Source: Eledone cirrhosa
Lineage: Eukaryota
NCBI GenBank assembly: GCA_964016885.1
Contig: OZ024744.1
Location: forward strand, 868,001-932,000
Direction: 5' to 3'
Length of the DNA: 64,000 bases
Positions 13,031 to 27,659 of this stretch are shown here, one piece after another. Every line of letters begins with the position of its first letter. Position 1 is the stretch's first letter. Both the position numbers and the translations under genes were made by a program. The notes under the pieces are model-generated. The model did not search any database, was not told the origin of the DNA, and saw nothing but the letters and a program-made list of their open reading frames with translations.

Positions 13031-16000
13031 GTGGGAAGACAAGGTAGAGAAACATAGTTGGTGAAGAACGAAGTTTTGAGGGAAGACAAGGTAGAGAAAC
13101 ATAGCTTGATGAAGAACGAAGTTTTGAGGGAAGACAAGGTAGAGAAAGATAGCTTGGTGAAGAACGAAGTTTTGAGGGAAGACAAGGTAGAGAAAGATAG
13201 CTTCATGAAGAACGAAGTTTTGAGGGAAGACAAGGTAGAGAAAGATAGCTTGGTGAAGAACGAAGTTTTGAGGGAAGACAAAGTATAGAAAGATAGCTTG
13301 GTGAAGAACGAAGTTTTGGGGGAAGACAATGTAGAGAAAGATAGCTTGATGAAGAACGAAGTTTTGGGGGAAGACAAGGTAGAGAAAGATAGCTTGGTGA
13401 AGAACGAAGTTTTGAGGGAAGACAAGGTAGAGAAAGATAGCTTGGTGAAGAACGAAGTTTTGGGGGAAGACAAGGTAGAGAAAGATAGCTTGGTGAAGAA
13501 CGAAGTTTTGAGGGAAGACAATGTAGAAAAAGATAGCTTGGTGAAGAACGAAGTTTTGGGGGAAGACAAGGTAGAGAAAGATAGCTTGGTGAAGAACGAA
13601 GTTTTGAGGGAAGACAAGGTAGAGAAAGATAGTTGGTGAAGAACGAAATTTTGAGGGAAGACAAGGTAGAGAAAGATAGCTTGGTGAAGAACGACGTTTT
13701 GAGGGAAGACAAGGTAGAGAAAGATAGCTTGGTGAAGAACGACGTTTTGAGGGAAGACAAGGTAGAGAAAGATAGCTTGGTGAAGAACGAAGTTTTGGGG
13801 GAAGACAAGGTAGAGAAAGATAGCTTGATGAAGTACGAAGTTTTGGGGGAAGACAAGGTAGAGAAAGATAGCTTGGTGAAGAACGACGTTTTGTGGGAAG
13901 ACAAGGTAGAGAAACATAGTTGGTGAAGAACGAAATTTTGAGGGAAGACAAGGTAGAGAAAGATAGCTTGGTGAAGAACGAAGTTTTGAGGGAAGACAAG
14001 GTAGAGAAAGATAGCTTGATGAAGAACGAAGTTTTGAGGGAAGACAAGGTAGAGAAAGATAGCTTGGTGAAGAACGAAGTTTTGGGGGAAGACAAGGTAG
14101 AGAAAGATAGCTTGGTGAAGAACGAAGTTTTGAGGGAAGACAAGGTAGAGAAAGATAGCTTGGTGAAGAACGAAGTTTTGGGGGAAGACAAGGTAGAGAA
14201 AGATAGCTTGGTGAAGAACGTAGTTTTGAGGGAAGACAAGGTAGAGAAAGATAGCTTGTTGAAGAACGAAGTTTTGAGGGAAGACAAGGTAGAGAAAGAT
14301 AGCTTGGTGAAGAACGAAGTTTTGAGGGAAGACAAGGTAGAGAAAGATAGCTTGGTGAAGAACGAAGTTTTGAGGGAAGACAAGGTAGAGAAAGATAGTT
14401 GGTGAAGAACGAAGTTTTGAGGGAAGACAAGGTAGAGAAAGATAGCTTGGTGAAGAACGACGTTTTGAGGGAAGACAAGGTAGAGAAAGATAGCTTGATG
14501 AAGTACGAAGTTTTGGGGGAAGACAAGGTAGAGAAAGATAGCTTGGTGAAGGACGACGTTTTGAGGGAAGACAAGGTATAGAAAGAGAGCTTGATGAAGA
14601 ACGACGTTTTCGGGGAAGAAAAGGTAGAGAAAGATAGCTTGGTGAAGAACAAAGTTTTGGGGGAAGACAAGGTAGAGAAAGATAGCTTGGTGAAGAACGA
14701 AGTATTGAGGGAAGACTCGGTAGAGAAAGATAGCTTGGTGAAGAACGAAGTTTTGAGGGAAGACAAGGTAGAGAAAGATAGCTTGGTGAAGAACGAGGTT
14801 TTGAGGGAAGACAATGTAGAGAAAGATAGCTTGGTGAAGAACGAAGTTTTGGGGGAAGACAAGGTAGAGAAAGATAGCTTGATGAAGAACGAAGTTTTGG
14901 GGGAAGACAAGGAAGAGAAAGATAGCTTGGTGAAGAACGAAGTTTTGAGGGAAGACAAGGTAGAGAAAGATAGCTTGGTGAAGAACGAAGTTTTGGGGGA
15001 AGACAAGGTAGAGAAAGATAGCTTGGTGAAGAACGAAGTTTTGAGGGAAGACAAGGTAGAGAAAGATAGCTTGGTGAAGAACGAAGTTTTGGGGGAAGAC
15101 AAGGTAGAGAAAGATAGCTTGGTGAAGAACGAAGTTTTGAGGGAAGACAAGGTAGAGAAAGATAGTTGGTAAAGAACGAAGTTTTGAGGGAAGACAAGGT
15201 AGAGAAAGATAGCTTGGTGAAGAACGACGTTTTGAGGGAAGACAAGGTATAGAAAGAGAGCTTGGTGAAGAACGACGTTTTCGGGGAAGAAAAGGTAGAG
15301 AAAGATAGCTTGGTGAAGAACAAAGTTTTGGGGGAAGTCAAGGTAGAGAAAGATAGCTTGGTGAAGAACGAAGTATTGAGGGAAGACAAGGTAGAGAAAG
15401 ATAGCTTGGTGAAGAACGAAGTTTTGAGGGAAGACAAGGTAGAGAAAGATAGCTTGGTGAAGAACGAGGTTTTGAGGGAAGACAATGTAGAGAAAGATAG
15501 CTTGGTGAAGAACGAAGTTTTGGGGGAAGACAAGGTAGAGAAAGATAGCTTGGTGAAGAACGAAGTTTTGAGGGAAGACAAGGTAGAGAAAGATAGCCTG
15601 GTGAAGAACGAAGTTTTGGGGGATGACAAAGTAGAGAAAGATAGCTTGGTGAAGAACGAAGTTTTGGGGGAAGACAAGGTAGAGAAAGATAGCTTGATGA
15701 AGAACAAAGTTTTGGGGGAAGACAAGGAAGAGGAAGATAGCTTGGTGAAGAACGAAGTTTTAGGGAAGACAAGGTAGAGAAAGATAGCTTGGTGAAGAAC
15801 GAAGTTTTGGGGGAAGACAAGGTAGAGAAAGATAGCTTGGTGAAGAACGAAGTTTTGCGGAAGACAAGGTAGAGAAATATAGCTCGGTGAAGAACGAAGT
15901 TTTGAGGGAAGACAAGGTAGAGAAAGATAGTTGGTGAAGAACGAAATTTTGAGGGAAGACAAGGTAGAGAAAGATAGCTTGATGAAGAACAAAGTTTTGA

Positions 16001-19000
16001 GGGAAGACAAGGTTGAGAAAGATAGCTTGATGAAGTACGAAGTTTTGGGGGAAGACAAGGTAGAGAAAGATAGCTTGGTGAAGAACGAAGTTTTGAGGGA
16101 AGACAAGGTAGAGAAAGATAGCTTGATGAAGAACGAAGTTTTGAGGGAAGACAAGGTAGGGAAAGATAGCTTGGTGAAGAACGAAGTTTTGAGGGAAGAC
16201 AAGGTAGAGAAAGATAGCTTGGTGAAGAACGAAGTTTTGGGGGAAGACAAAGTATAGAAAGATAGCTTGGTGAAGAACGAAGTTTTGGGGGAAGACAATG
16301 TAGAGAAAGATAGCTTGATGAAGAATGAAGTTTTGGGGGAAGACAAGGTAGAGAAAGATAGCTTGGTGAAGAACGAGGTTTTGAGGGAAGACAAGGTAGA
16401 GAAAGATAGCTTGGTGAAGAACGAAGTTTTGGGGGAAGACAAGGTAGAGAAAGATAGCTTGGCGAAGAACGAAGTTTTGAGGGAAGACAAGGTAGAGAAA
16501 GATAGCTTGGTGAAGAACGAAGTTTTGGGGGAAGACAAGGTAGAGAAAGATAGCTTGGTGAAGAACGAAGTTTTGAGGGAAGACAAGGTAGAGAAAGATA
16601 GTTGGTGAAGAACGAAATTTTGAGGGAAGACAAGGTAGAGAAAAATAGCTTGGTGAAGAACGACGTTTTGAGGGAAGACAAGGTAGAGAAAGATAGCTTG
16701 GTGAAGAACGAAGTTTTGGGGGAAGACAAGGTAGAGAAAGATAGCTTGATGAAGTACGAAGTTTTGGGGGAAGACAAGGTAGAGAAAGATAGCTTGGTGA
16801 AGAACGACGTTTTGAGGGAAGACAAGGTAGAGAAAGATAGCTTGGTGAAGAACGAAGTTTTGGGGGAAGACAAGGTAGAGAAAGATAGCTTGATGAAGTA
16901 CGAAGTTTTGGGGGAAGACAAGGTAGAGAAAGATAGCTTGGTGAAGAACGACGTTTTGTGGGAAGACAAGGTAGAGAAACATAGTTGGTGAAGAACGAAG
17001 TTTTGAGGGAAGACAAGGTAGAGAAAGATAGCTTGGTGAAGAACGAGGTTTTGAGGGAAGACAAGGTAGAGAAAGATAGCTTGGTGAAGAACGAAGTTTT
17101 GGGGGAAGACAAGGTAGAGAAAGATAGCTTGGTGAAGAACAAGGTTTTGAGGGAAGACAAGGTAGAGAAAGATAGCTTGGTGAAGGACGAAGTTTTGGGG
17201 GAAGACAAGGTAGAGAAAGATAGCTTGGTGAAGAACGAAGTTTTGAGGGAAGACAAGGTAGAGAAAGATAGCTTGGTGAAGAACGAAGTTTTGGGGGAAG
17301 ACAAGGTAGAGAAAGATAGCTTGGTGAAGAACGAAGTTTTGAGGGAAGACAAGGTAGAGAAAGATAGTTGGTGAAGAACGAAATTTTGAGGGAAGACAAG
17401 GTAGAGAAAAATAGCTTGGTGAAGAACGACGTTTTGAGGGAAGACAAGGTAGAGAAAGATAGCTTGGTGAAGAACGAAGTTTTGGGGGAAGACAAGGTAG
17501 AGAAAGATAGCTTGATGAAGTACGAAGTTTTGGGGGAAGACAAGGTAGAGAAGGATAGCTTGATGAAGTACGAAGTTTTGGGGGAAGACAAGGTAGAGAA
17601 AGATAGCTTGGTGAAGAACGACGTTTTGTGGGAAGACAAGGTAGAGAAACATAGTTGGTGAAGAACGAAGTTTTGAGGGAAGACAAGGTAGAGAAAGATA
17701 GCTTGATGAAGAACGAAGTTTTGAGGGAAGACAAGGTAGAGAAAGATAGCTTGGTGAAGAACGAAGTTTTGAGGGAAGACAAGGTAGAGAAAGATAGCTT
17801 CATGAAGAACGAAGTTTTGAGGGAAGACAAGGTAGAGAAAGATAGCTTGGTGAAGAACGAAGTTTTGAGGGAAGACAAAGTATAGAAAGATAGCTTGGTG
17901 AAGAACGAAGTTTTGGGGGAAGACAATGTAGAGAAAGATAGCTTGATGAAGAACGAAGTTTTGGGAGAAGACAAGGTAGAGAAAGATAGCTTGGTGAAGA
18001 ACGAAGTTTTGAGGGAAGACAAGGTAGAGAAAGATAGCTTGGTGAAGAACGAAGTTTTGAGGGAAGACAAGGTAGAGAAAGATAGCTTGGTGAAGAACGA
18101 AGTTTTGGGGGAAGACAAGGTAGAGAAAGATAGCTTGGTGAAGAACGAAGTTTTGAGGGAAGACAAGGTAGAGAAAGATAGTTGGTGAAGAACGAAATTT
18201 TGAGGGAAGACAAGGTAGAGAAAAATAGCTTGGTGAAGAACGACGTTTTGAGGGAAGACAAGGTAGAGAAAGATAGCTTGGTGAAGAACGAAGTTTTGGG
18301 GGAAGACAAGGTAGAGAAAGATAGCTTGATGAAGTACGAAGTTTTGGGGGAAGACAAGGTAGAGAAAGATAGCTTGGTGAAGAACGACGTTTTGAGGGAA
18401 GACAAGGTAGAGAAAGATAGCTTAGTGAAGAACGAAGTTTTGGGGGAAGACAAGGTAGAGAAAGATAGCTTGATGAAGTACGAAGTTTTGGGGGAAGACA
18501 AGGTAGAGAAAGATAGCTTGGTGAAGAACGACGTTTTGTGGGAAGACAAGGTAGAGAAACATAGTTGGTGAAGAACGAAGTTTTGGGGGAAGACAAGGTA
18601 GAGAAAGATAGCTTGATGAAGAACGAAGTTTTGAGGGAAGACAAGGTAGAGAAAGATAGCTTGGTGAAGAACGAAGTTTTGAGGGAAGACAAGGTAGAGA
18701 AAGATAGCTTCATGAAGAACGAAGTTTTGAGGGAAGACAAGGTAGAGAAAGATAGCTTGGTGAAGAACGAAGTTTTGAGGGAAGACAAAGTATAGAAAGA
18801 TAGCTTGGTGAAGAACGAAGTTTTGGGGGAAGACAATGTAGAGAAAGATAGCTTGATGAAGAACGAAGTTTTGGGGGAAGACAAGGTAGAGAAAGATAGC
18901 TTGGTGAAGAACGAAGTTTTGGGGGAAGACAAGGTAGAGAAAGATAGCTTGGTGAAGAACGAAGTTTTGGGGGAAGACAAGGTAGAGAAAGATAGCTTGG

Positions 19001-19700
19001 TCAAGAACGAAGTTTTGAGGGAAGACAATGTAGAGAAAGATAGCTTGGTGAAGAACGAAGTTTTGGGGGAAGACAAGGTAGAGAAAGATAGCTTGGTGAA
19101 GAACGAAGTTTTGAGGGAAGACAAGGTAGAGAAAGATAGTTGGTGAAGAACGAAATTTTGAGGGAAGACAAGGTAGAGAAAGATAGCTTGGTGAAGAACG
19201 ACGTTTTGAGGGAAGACAAGGTAGAGAAAGATAGCTTGGTGAAGAACGACGTTTTGAGGGAAGACAAGGTAGAGAAAGATAGCTTGGTGAAGAACGAAGT
19301 TTTGGGGGAAGACAAGGTAGAGAAAGATAGCTTGATGAAGTACGAAGTTTTGGGGGAAGACAAGGTAGAGAAAGATAGCTTGGTGAAGAACGACGTTTTG
19401 TGGGAAGACAAGGTAGAGAAACATAGTTGGTGAAGAACGAAATTTTGAGGGAAGACAAGGTAGAGAAAGATAGCTTGGTGAAGAACGAAGTTTTGAGGGA
19501 AGACAAGGTAGAGAAAGATAGCTTGATGAAGAACGAAGTTTTGAGGGAAGACAAGGTAGAGAAAGATAGCTTGGTGAAGAACGAAGTTTTGGGGGAAGAC
19601 AAGGTAGAGAAAGATAGCTTGGTGAAGAACGAAGTTTTGAGGGAAGACAAGGTAGAGAAAGATAGCTTGGTGAAGAACGAAGTTTTGGGGGAAGACAAGG
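11700..19700. repeat. About 2.5-kb block (about 11.7-14.2 kb) repeated at +5,507 bp (about 17.2-19.7 kb)
   Basis: ORF starts 11861,12148,12388,12675,13058,13298,13633,13920 map to 17368,17655,17895,18182,18565,18805,19140,19427. GAGAAGG and CTTAGTG (12914/18421) markers are shared. Boundaries are approximate. Confidence 0.85.
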
Positions 19701-22700
19701 TAGAGAAAGATAGCTTGGTGAAGAACGAAGTTTTGAGGGAAGACAATGTAGAGAAAGATAGCTTGGTGAAGAACGAAGTTTTGGGGGAAGACAAGGTAGA
19801 GAAAGATAGCTTGGTGAAGAACGAAGTTTTGAGGGAAGACAAGGTAGAGAAAGATAGTTGGTGAAGAACGAAATTTTGAGGGAAGACAAGGTAGAGAAAG
19901 ATAGCTTGGTGAAGAACGACGTTTTGAGGGAAGACAAGGTAGAGAAAGATAGCTTGGTGAAGAACGACGTTTTGAGGGAAGACAAGGTAGAGAAAGATAG
20001 CTTGGTGAAGAACGAAGTTTTGGGGGAAGACAAGGTAGAGAAAGATAGCTTGATGAAGTACGAAGTTTTGGGGGAAGACAAGGTAGAGAAAGATAGCTTG
20101 GTGAAGAACGACGTTTTGTGGGAAGACAAGGTAGAGAAACATAGTTGGTGAAGAACGAAATTTTGAGGGAAGACAAGGTAGAGAAAGATAGCTTGGTGAA
20201 GAACGAAGTTTTGAGGGAAGACAAGGTAGAGAAAGATAGCTTGATGAAGAACGAAGTTTTGAGGGAAGACAAGGTAGAGAAAGATAGCTTGGTGAAGAAC
20301 GAAGTTTTGGGGGAAGACAAGGTAGAGAAAGATAGCTTGGTGAAGAACGAAGTTTTGAGGGAAGACAAGGTAGAGAAAGATAGCTTGGTGAAGAACGAAG
20401 TTTTGGGGGAAGACAAGGTAGAGAAAGATAGCTTGGTGAAGAACGAAGTTTTGAGGGAAGACAAGGTAGAGAAAGATAGCTTGGTGAAGAACGAAGTTTT
20501 GAGGGAAGACAAGGTAGAGAAAGATAGCTTGGTGAAGAACGAAGTTTTGAGGGAAGACAAGGTAGAGGAAGATAGCTTGGTGAAGAACGAAGTTTTGAGG
20601 GAAGACAAGGTAGAGAAAGATAGTTGGTGAAGAACGAAGTTTTGAGGGAAGACAAGGTAGAGAAAGATAGCTTGGTGAAGAACGACGTTTTGAGGGAAGA
20701 CAAGGTAGAGAAAGATAGCTTGGTGAAGAACGAAGTTTTGGGGGAAGACAAGGTAGAGAAAGATAGCTTGATGAAGTACGAAGTTTTGGGGGAAGACAAG
20801 GTAGAGAAAGATAGCTTGGTGAAGAACGAGGTTTTGAGGGAAGACAATGTAGAGAAAGATAGCTTGGTGAAGAACGAAGTTTTGGGGGAAGACAAGGTAG
20901 AGAAAGATAGCTTGGTGAAGAACGAAGTTTTGAGGGAAGACAAGGTAGAGAAAGATAGTTGGTGAAGAACGAAATTTTGAGGGAAGACAAGGTAGAGAAA
21001 GATAGCTTGGTGAAGAACGACGTTTTGAGGGAAGACAAGGTAGAGAAAGATAGCTTGGTGAAGAACGACGTTTTGAGGGAAGACAAGGTAGAGAAAGATA
21101 GCTTGGTGAAGAACGAAGTTTTGGGGGAAGACAAGGTAGAGAAAGATAGCTTGGTGAAGAACGACGTTTTGTGGGAAGACAAGGTAGAGAAACATAGTTG
21201 GTGAAGAACGAAATTTTGAGGGAAGACAAGGTAGAGAAAGATAGCTTGGTGAAGAACGAAGTTTTGAGGGAAGACAAGGTAGAGAAAGATAGCTTGGTGA
21301 AGAACGAAGTTTTGAGGGAAGACAAGGTAGAGAAAGATAGCTTGGTGAAGAACGAAGTTTTGAGGGAAGACAAGGTAGAGAAAGATAGCTTGGTGAAGAA
21401 CGAAGTTTTGAGGGAAGACAAGGTAGAGAAAGATAGCTTGGTGAAGAACGAAGTTTTGAGGGAAGACAAGGTAGAGAAAGATAGTTGGTGAAGAACGAAG
21501 TTTTGAGGGAAGACAAGGTAGAGAAAGATAGCTTGGTGAAGAACGACGTTTTGAGGGAAGACAAGGTAGAGAAAGATAGCTTGATGAAGTACGAAGTTTT
21601 GGGGGAAGACAAGGTAGAGAAAGATAGCTTGGTGAAGGACGACGTTTTGAGGGAAGACAAGGTATAGAAAGAGAGCTTGGTGAAGAACGACGTTTTCGGG
21701 GAAGAAAAGGTAGAGAAAGATAGCTTGGTGAAGAACAAAGTTTTGGGGGAAGACAAGGTAGAGAAAGATAGCTTGGTGAAGAACGAAGTATTGAGGGAAG
21801 ACTCGGTAGAGAAAGATAGCTTGGTGAAGAACGAAGTTTTGAGGGAAGACAAGGTAGAGAAAGATAGCTTGGTGAAGAACGAGGTTTTGAGGGAAGACAA
21901 TGTAGAGAAAGATAGCTTGGTGAAGAACGAAGTTTTGGGGGAAGACAAGGTAGAGAAAGATAGCTTGGTGAAGAACGAAGTTTTGAGGGAAGACAAGGTA
22001 GAGAAAGATAGTTGGTGAAGAACGAAATTTTGAGGGAAGACAAGGTAGAGAAAGATAGCTTGGTGAAGAACGACGTTTTGAGGGAAGACAAGGTAGAGAA
22101 AGATAGCTTGGTGAAGAACGACGTTTTGAGGGAAGACAAGGTAGAGAAAGATAGCTTGGTGAAGAACGAAGTTTTGGGGGAAGACAAGGTAGAGAAAGAT
22201 AGCTTGATGAAGTACGAAGTTTTGGGGGAAGACAAGGTAGAGAAAGATAGCTTGGTGAAGAACGAGGTTTTGAGGGAAGACAATGTAGAGAAAGATAGCT
22301 TGGTGAAGAACGAAGTTTTGGGGGAAGACAAGGTAGAGAAAGATAGCTTGGTGAAGAACGAAGTTTTGAGGGAAGACAAGGTAGAGAAAGATAGTTGGTG
22401 AAGAACGAAATTTTGAGGGAAGACAAGGTAGAGAAAGATAGCTTGGTGAAGAACGACGTTTTGAGGGAAGACAAGGTAGAGAAAGATAGCTTGGTGAAGA
22501 ACGACGTTTTGAGGGAAGACAAGGTAGAGAAAGATAGCTTGGTGAAGAACGAAGTTTTGGGGGAAGACAAGGTAGAGAAAGATAGCTTGGTGAAGAACGA
22601 CGTTTTGTGGGAAGACAAGGTAGAGAAACATAGTTGGTGAAGAACGAAATTTTGAGGGAAGACAAGGTAGAGAAAGATAGCTTGGTGAAGAACGAAGTTT

Positions 22701-24880
22701 TGAGGGAAGACAAGGTAGAGAAAGATAGCTTGATGAAGAACGAAGTTTTGAGGGAAGACAAGGTAGAGAAAGATAGCTTGGTGAAGAACGAAGTTTTGGG
22801 GGAAGACAAGGTAGAGAAAGATAGCTTGGTGAAGAACGAAGTTTTGAGGGAAGACAAGGTAGAGAAAGATAGCTTGGTGAAGAACGAAGTTTTGGGGGAA
22901 GACAAGGTAGAGAAAGATAGCTTGGTGAAGAACGAAGTTTTGAGGGAAGACAAGGTAGAGAAAGATAGCTTGGTGAAGAACGAAGTTTTGAGGGAAGACA
23001 AGGTAGAGAAAGATAGCTTGGTGAAGAACGAAGTTTTGAGGGAAGACAAGGTAGAGAAAGATAGCTTGGTGAAGAACGAAGTTTTGAGGGAAGACAAGGT
23101 AGAGAAAGATAGTTGGTGAAGAACGAAGTTTTGAGGGAAGACAAGGTAGAGAAAGATAGCTTGGTGAAGAACGACGTTTTGAGGGAAGACAAGGTAGAGA
23201 AAGATAGCTTGATGAAGTACGAAGTTTTGGGGGAAGACAAGGTAGAGAAAGATTGCTTGGTGAAGGACGACGTTTTGAGGGAAGACAAGGTATAGAAAGA
23301 GAGCTTGGTGAAGAACGACGTTTTCGGGGAAGAAAAGGTAGAGAAAGATAGCTTGGTGAAGAACAAAGTTTTGGGGGAAGACAAGGTAGAGAAAGATAGC
23401 TTGGTGAAGAACGAAGTATTGAGGGAAGACTCGGTAGAGAAAGATAGCTTGGTGAAGAACGAAGTTTTGAGGGAAGACAAGGTAGAGAAAGATAGCTTGG
23501 TGAAGAACGAGGTTTTGAGGGAAGACAATGTAGAGAAAGATAGCTTGGTGAAGAACGAAGTTTTGGGGAAGACAATGTAGAGAAAGATAGCTTGGTGAAG
23601 AACGAAGTTTTGAGGGAAGACAAGGTAGAGAAAGATAGCTTGGTGAAGAACGAAGTTTTGGGGGAAGACAAGGTAGAGAAAGATAGCTTGGTGAAGAACG
23701 AAGTTTTGAGGGAAGACAAGGTAGAGAAAGATAGCTTGGTGAAGAACGAAGTTTTGGGGGAAGACAAGGTAGAGAAAGATAGCTTGGTGAAGAACGAAGT
23801 TTTGAGGGAAGACAAGGTAGAGAAAGATAGTTGGTAAAGAACGAAGTTTTGAGGGAAGACAAGGTAGAGAAAGATAGCTTGGTGAAGAACGACGTTTTGA
23901 GGGAAGACAAGGTATAGAAAGAGAGCTTGGTGAAGAACGACGTTTTCGGGGAAGAAAAGGTAGAGAAAGATAGCTTGGTGAAGAACAAAGTTTTGGGGGA
24001 AGTCAAGGTAGAGAAAGATAGCTTGGTGAAGAACGAAGTATTGAGGGAAGACAAGGAAGAGAAAGATAGCTTGGTGAAGAACGAAGTTTTGAGGGAAGAC
24101 AAGGTAGAGAAAGATAGCTTGGTGAAGAACGAAGTTTTGGGGGAAGACAAGGTAGAGAAAGATAGCTTGGTGAAGAACGAAGTTTTGAGGGAAGACAAGG
24201 TAGAGAAAGATAGCTTGGTGAAGAACGAAGTTTTGGGGGAAGACAAGGTAGAGAAAGATAGCTTGGTGAAGAACGAAGTTTTGAGGGAAGACAAGGTAGA
24301 GAAAGATAGTTGGTAAAGAACGAAGTTTTGAGGGAAGACAAGGTAGAGAAAGATAGCTTGGTGAAGAACGACGTTTTGAGGGAAGACAAGGTATAGAAAG
24401 AGAGCTTGGTGAAGAACGACGTTTTCGGGGAAGAAAAGGTAGAGAAAGATAGCTTGGTGAAGAACAAAGTTTTGGGGGAAGTCAAGGTAGAGAAAGATAG
24501 CTTGGTGAAGAACGAAGTATTGAGGGAAGACAAGGTAGAGAAAGATAGCTTGGTGAAGAACGAAGTTTTGAGGGAAGACAAGGTAGAGAAAGATAGCTTG
24601 GTGAAGAACGAGGTTTTGAGGGAAGACAATGTAGAGAAAGATAGCTTGGTGAAGAACGAAGTTTTGGGGGAAGACAAGGTAGAGAAAGATAGCTTGGTGA
24701 AGAACGAAGTTTTGAGGGAAGACAAGGTAGAGAAAGATAGCCTGGTGAAGAACGAAGTTTTGGGGGATGACAAAGTAGAGAAAGATAGCTTGGTGAAGAA
24801 CGAAGTTTTGGGGGAAGACAAGGTAGAGAAAGATAGCTTGATGAAGAACAAAGTTTTGGGGGAAGACAAGGAAGAGGAAG
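19140..24880. repeat. Short local HORs: 718 bp (15-mer), 1,436 bp (30-mer) and 479 bp (10-mer)
   Basis: 19140->19858 and 19427->20145 (+718); 20959->22395 and 21198->22634 (+1436); 23927->24406 (+479, with GGTAAAG and GAAGTCAAG markers). Confidence 0.78.
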
Positions 24881-27659
24881 ATAGCTTGGTGAAGAACGAA
24901 GTTTTAGGGAAGACAAGGTAGAGAAAGATAGCTTGGTGAAGAACGAAGTTTTGGGGGAAGACAAGGTAGAGAAAGATAGCTTGGTGAAGAACGAAGTTTT
25001 GCGGAAGACAAGGTAGAGAAATATAGCTCGGTGAAGAACGAAGTTTTGAGGGAAGACAAGGTAGAGAAAGATAGTTGGTGAAGAACGAAATTTTGAGGGA
25101 AGACAAGGTAGAGAAAGATAGCTTGATGAAGAACAAAGTTTTGAGGGAAGACAAGGTAGAGAAAGATAGCTTGATGAAGTACGAAGTTTTGGGGGAAGAC
25201 AAGGTAGAGAAAGATAGCTTGATGAAGAATGAAGTTTTGGGGGAAGACAAGGTAGAGAAAGATAGCTTGATGAAGAATGAAGTTTTGGGGGAAGACAAGG
25301 TAGAGAAAGATAGCTTGGTGAAGAACGAGGTTTTGAGGGAAGACAAGGTAGAGAAAGATAGCTTGGTGAAGAACGAAGTTTTGGGGGAAGACAAGGTAGA
25401 GAAAGATAGCTTGGTGAAGAACGAAGTTTCGAGGGAAGACAAGGTAGAGAAAGATAGCTTGGTGAAGAACGAAGTTTTGGGGGAAGACAAGGTAGAGAAA
25501 GATAGCTTGGTGAAGAACGAAGTTTTGAGGGAAGACAAGGTAGAGAAAGATAGTTGGTGAAGAACGAAATTTTGAGGGAAGACAAGGTAGAGAAAAATAG
25601 CTTGGTGAAGAACGACGTTTTGAGGGAAGACAAGGTAGAGAAAGATAGCTTGGTGAAGAACGAAGTTTTGGGGGAAGACAAGGTAGAGAAAGATAGCTTG
25701 ATGAAGTACGAAGTTTTGGGGGAAGACAAGGTAGAGAAAGATAGCTTGGTGAAGAACGACGTTTTGAGGGAAGACAAGGTAGAGAAAGATAGCTTGGTGA
25801 AGAACGAAGTTTTGGGGGAAGACAAGGTAGAGAAAGATAGCTTGATGAAGTACGAAGTTTTGGGGGAAGACAAGGTAGAGAAAGATAGCTTGGTGAAGAA
25901 CGACGTTTTGTGGGAAGACAAGGTAGAGAAACATAGTTGGTGAAGAACGAGGTTTTGAGGGAAGACAAGGTAGAGAAAGATAGCTTGATGAAGAACGAAG
26001 TTTTGAGGGAAGACAAGGTAGAGAAAGATAGCTTGGTGAAGAACGAAGTTTTGAGGGAAGACAAGGTAGAGAAAGATAGCTTCATGAAGAACGAAGTTTT
26101 GAGGGAAGACAAGGTAGAGAAAGATAGCTTGGTGAAGAACGAAGTTTTGAGGGAAGACAAAGTATAGAAAGATAGCTTGGTGAAGAACGAAGTTTTGGGG
26201 GAAGACAATGTAGAGAAAGATAGCTTGATGAAGAACGAAGTTTTGAGGGAAGACAAGGTAGAGAAAGATAGCCTGGTGAAGAACGAAGTTTTGGGGGATG
26301 ACAAAGTAGAGAAAGATAGCTTGGTGAAGAACGAAGTTTTGGGGGAAGACAAGGTAGAGAAAGATAGCATGATGAAGAACAAAGTTTTGGGGGAAGACAA
26401 GGAAGAGGAAGATAGCTTGGTGAAGAACGAAGTTTTAGGGAAGACAAGGTAGAGAAAGATAGCTTGGTGAAGAACGAAGTTTTGGGGGAAGACAAGGTAG
26501 AGAAAGATAGCTTGGTGAAGAACGAAGTTTTGCGGAAGACAAGGTAGAGAAATATAGCTCGGTGAAGAACGAAGTTTTGAGGGAAGACAAGGTAGAGAAA
26601 GATAGTTGGTGAAGAACGAAATTTTGAGGGAAGACAAGGTAGAGAAAGATAGCTTGATGAAGAACAAAGTTTTGAGGGAAGACAAGGTAGAGAAAGATAG
26701 CTTGATGAAGTACGAAGTTTTGGGGGAAGACAAGGTAGAGAAGGATTGCTTGGTGAAGAACGAAGTTTTGAGGGAAGACAAGGTAGAGAAAGATAGCTTG
26801 ATGAAGAACGAAGTTTTGAGGGAAGACAAGGTAGGGAAAGATAGCTTGGTGAAGAACGAAGTTTTGAGGGAAGACAAGGTAGAGAAAGATAGCTTGGTGA
26901 AGAACGAAGTTTTGGGGGAAGACAAAGTATAGAAAGATAGCTTGGTGAAGAACGAAGTTTTGGGGGAAGACAATGTAGAGAAAGATAGCTTGATGAAGAA
27001 TGAAGTTTTGGGGGAAGACAAGGTAGAGAAAGATAGCTTGGTGAAGAACGAGGTTTTGAGGGAAGACAAGGTAGAGAAAGATAGCTTGGTGAAGAACGAA
27101 GTTTTGGGGGAAGACAAGGTAGAGAAAGATAGCTTGGTGAAGAACGAAGTTTTGAGGGAAGACAAGGTAGAGAAAGATAGCTTGGTGAAGAACGAAGTTT
27201 TGGGGGAAGACAAGGTAGAGAAAGATAGCTTGGTGAAGAACGAAGTTTTGAGCGAAGACAAGGTAGAGAAAGATAGTTGGTGAAGAACGAAATTTTGAGG
27301 GAAGACAAGGTAGAGAAAAATAGCTTGGTGAAGAACGACGTTTTGGGGGAAGACAAGGTAGAGAAAGATAGCTTGGTGAAGAACGAAGTTTTGGGGGAAG
27401 ACAAGGTAGAGAAAGATAGCTTGATGAAGTACGAAGTTTTGGGGGAAGACAAGGTAGAGAAAGATAGCTTGGTGAAGAACGACGTTTTGAGGGAAGACAA
27501 GGTAGAGAAAGATAGCTTGGTGAAGAACGAAGTTTTGGGGGAAGACAAGGTAAAGAAAGATAGCTTGATGAAGTACGAAGTTTTGGGGGAAGACAAGGTA
27601 GAGAAAGATAGCTTGGTGAAGAACGACGTTTTGTGGGAAGACAAGGTAGAGAAACATAG

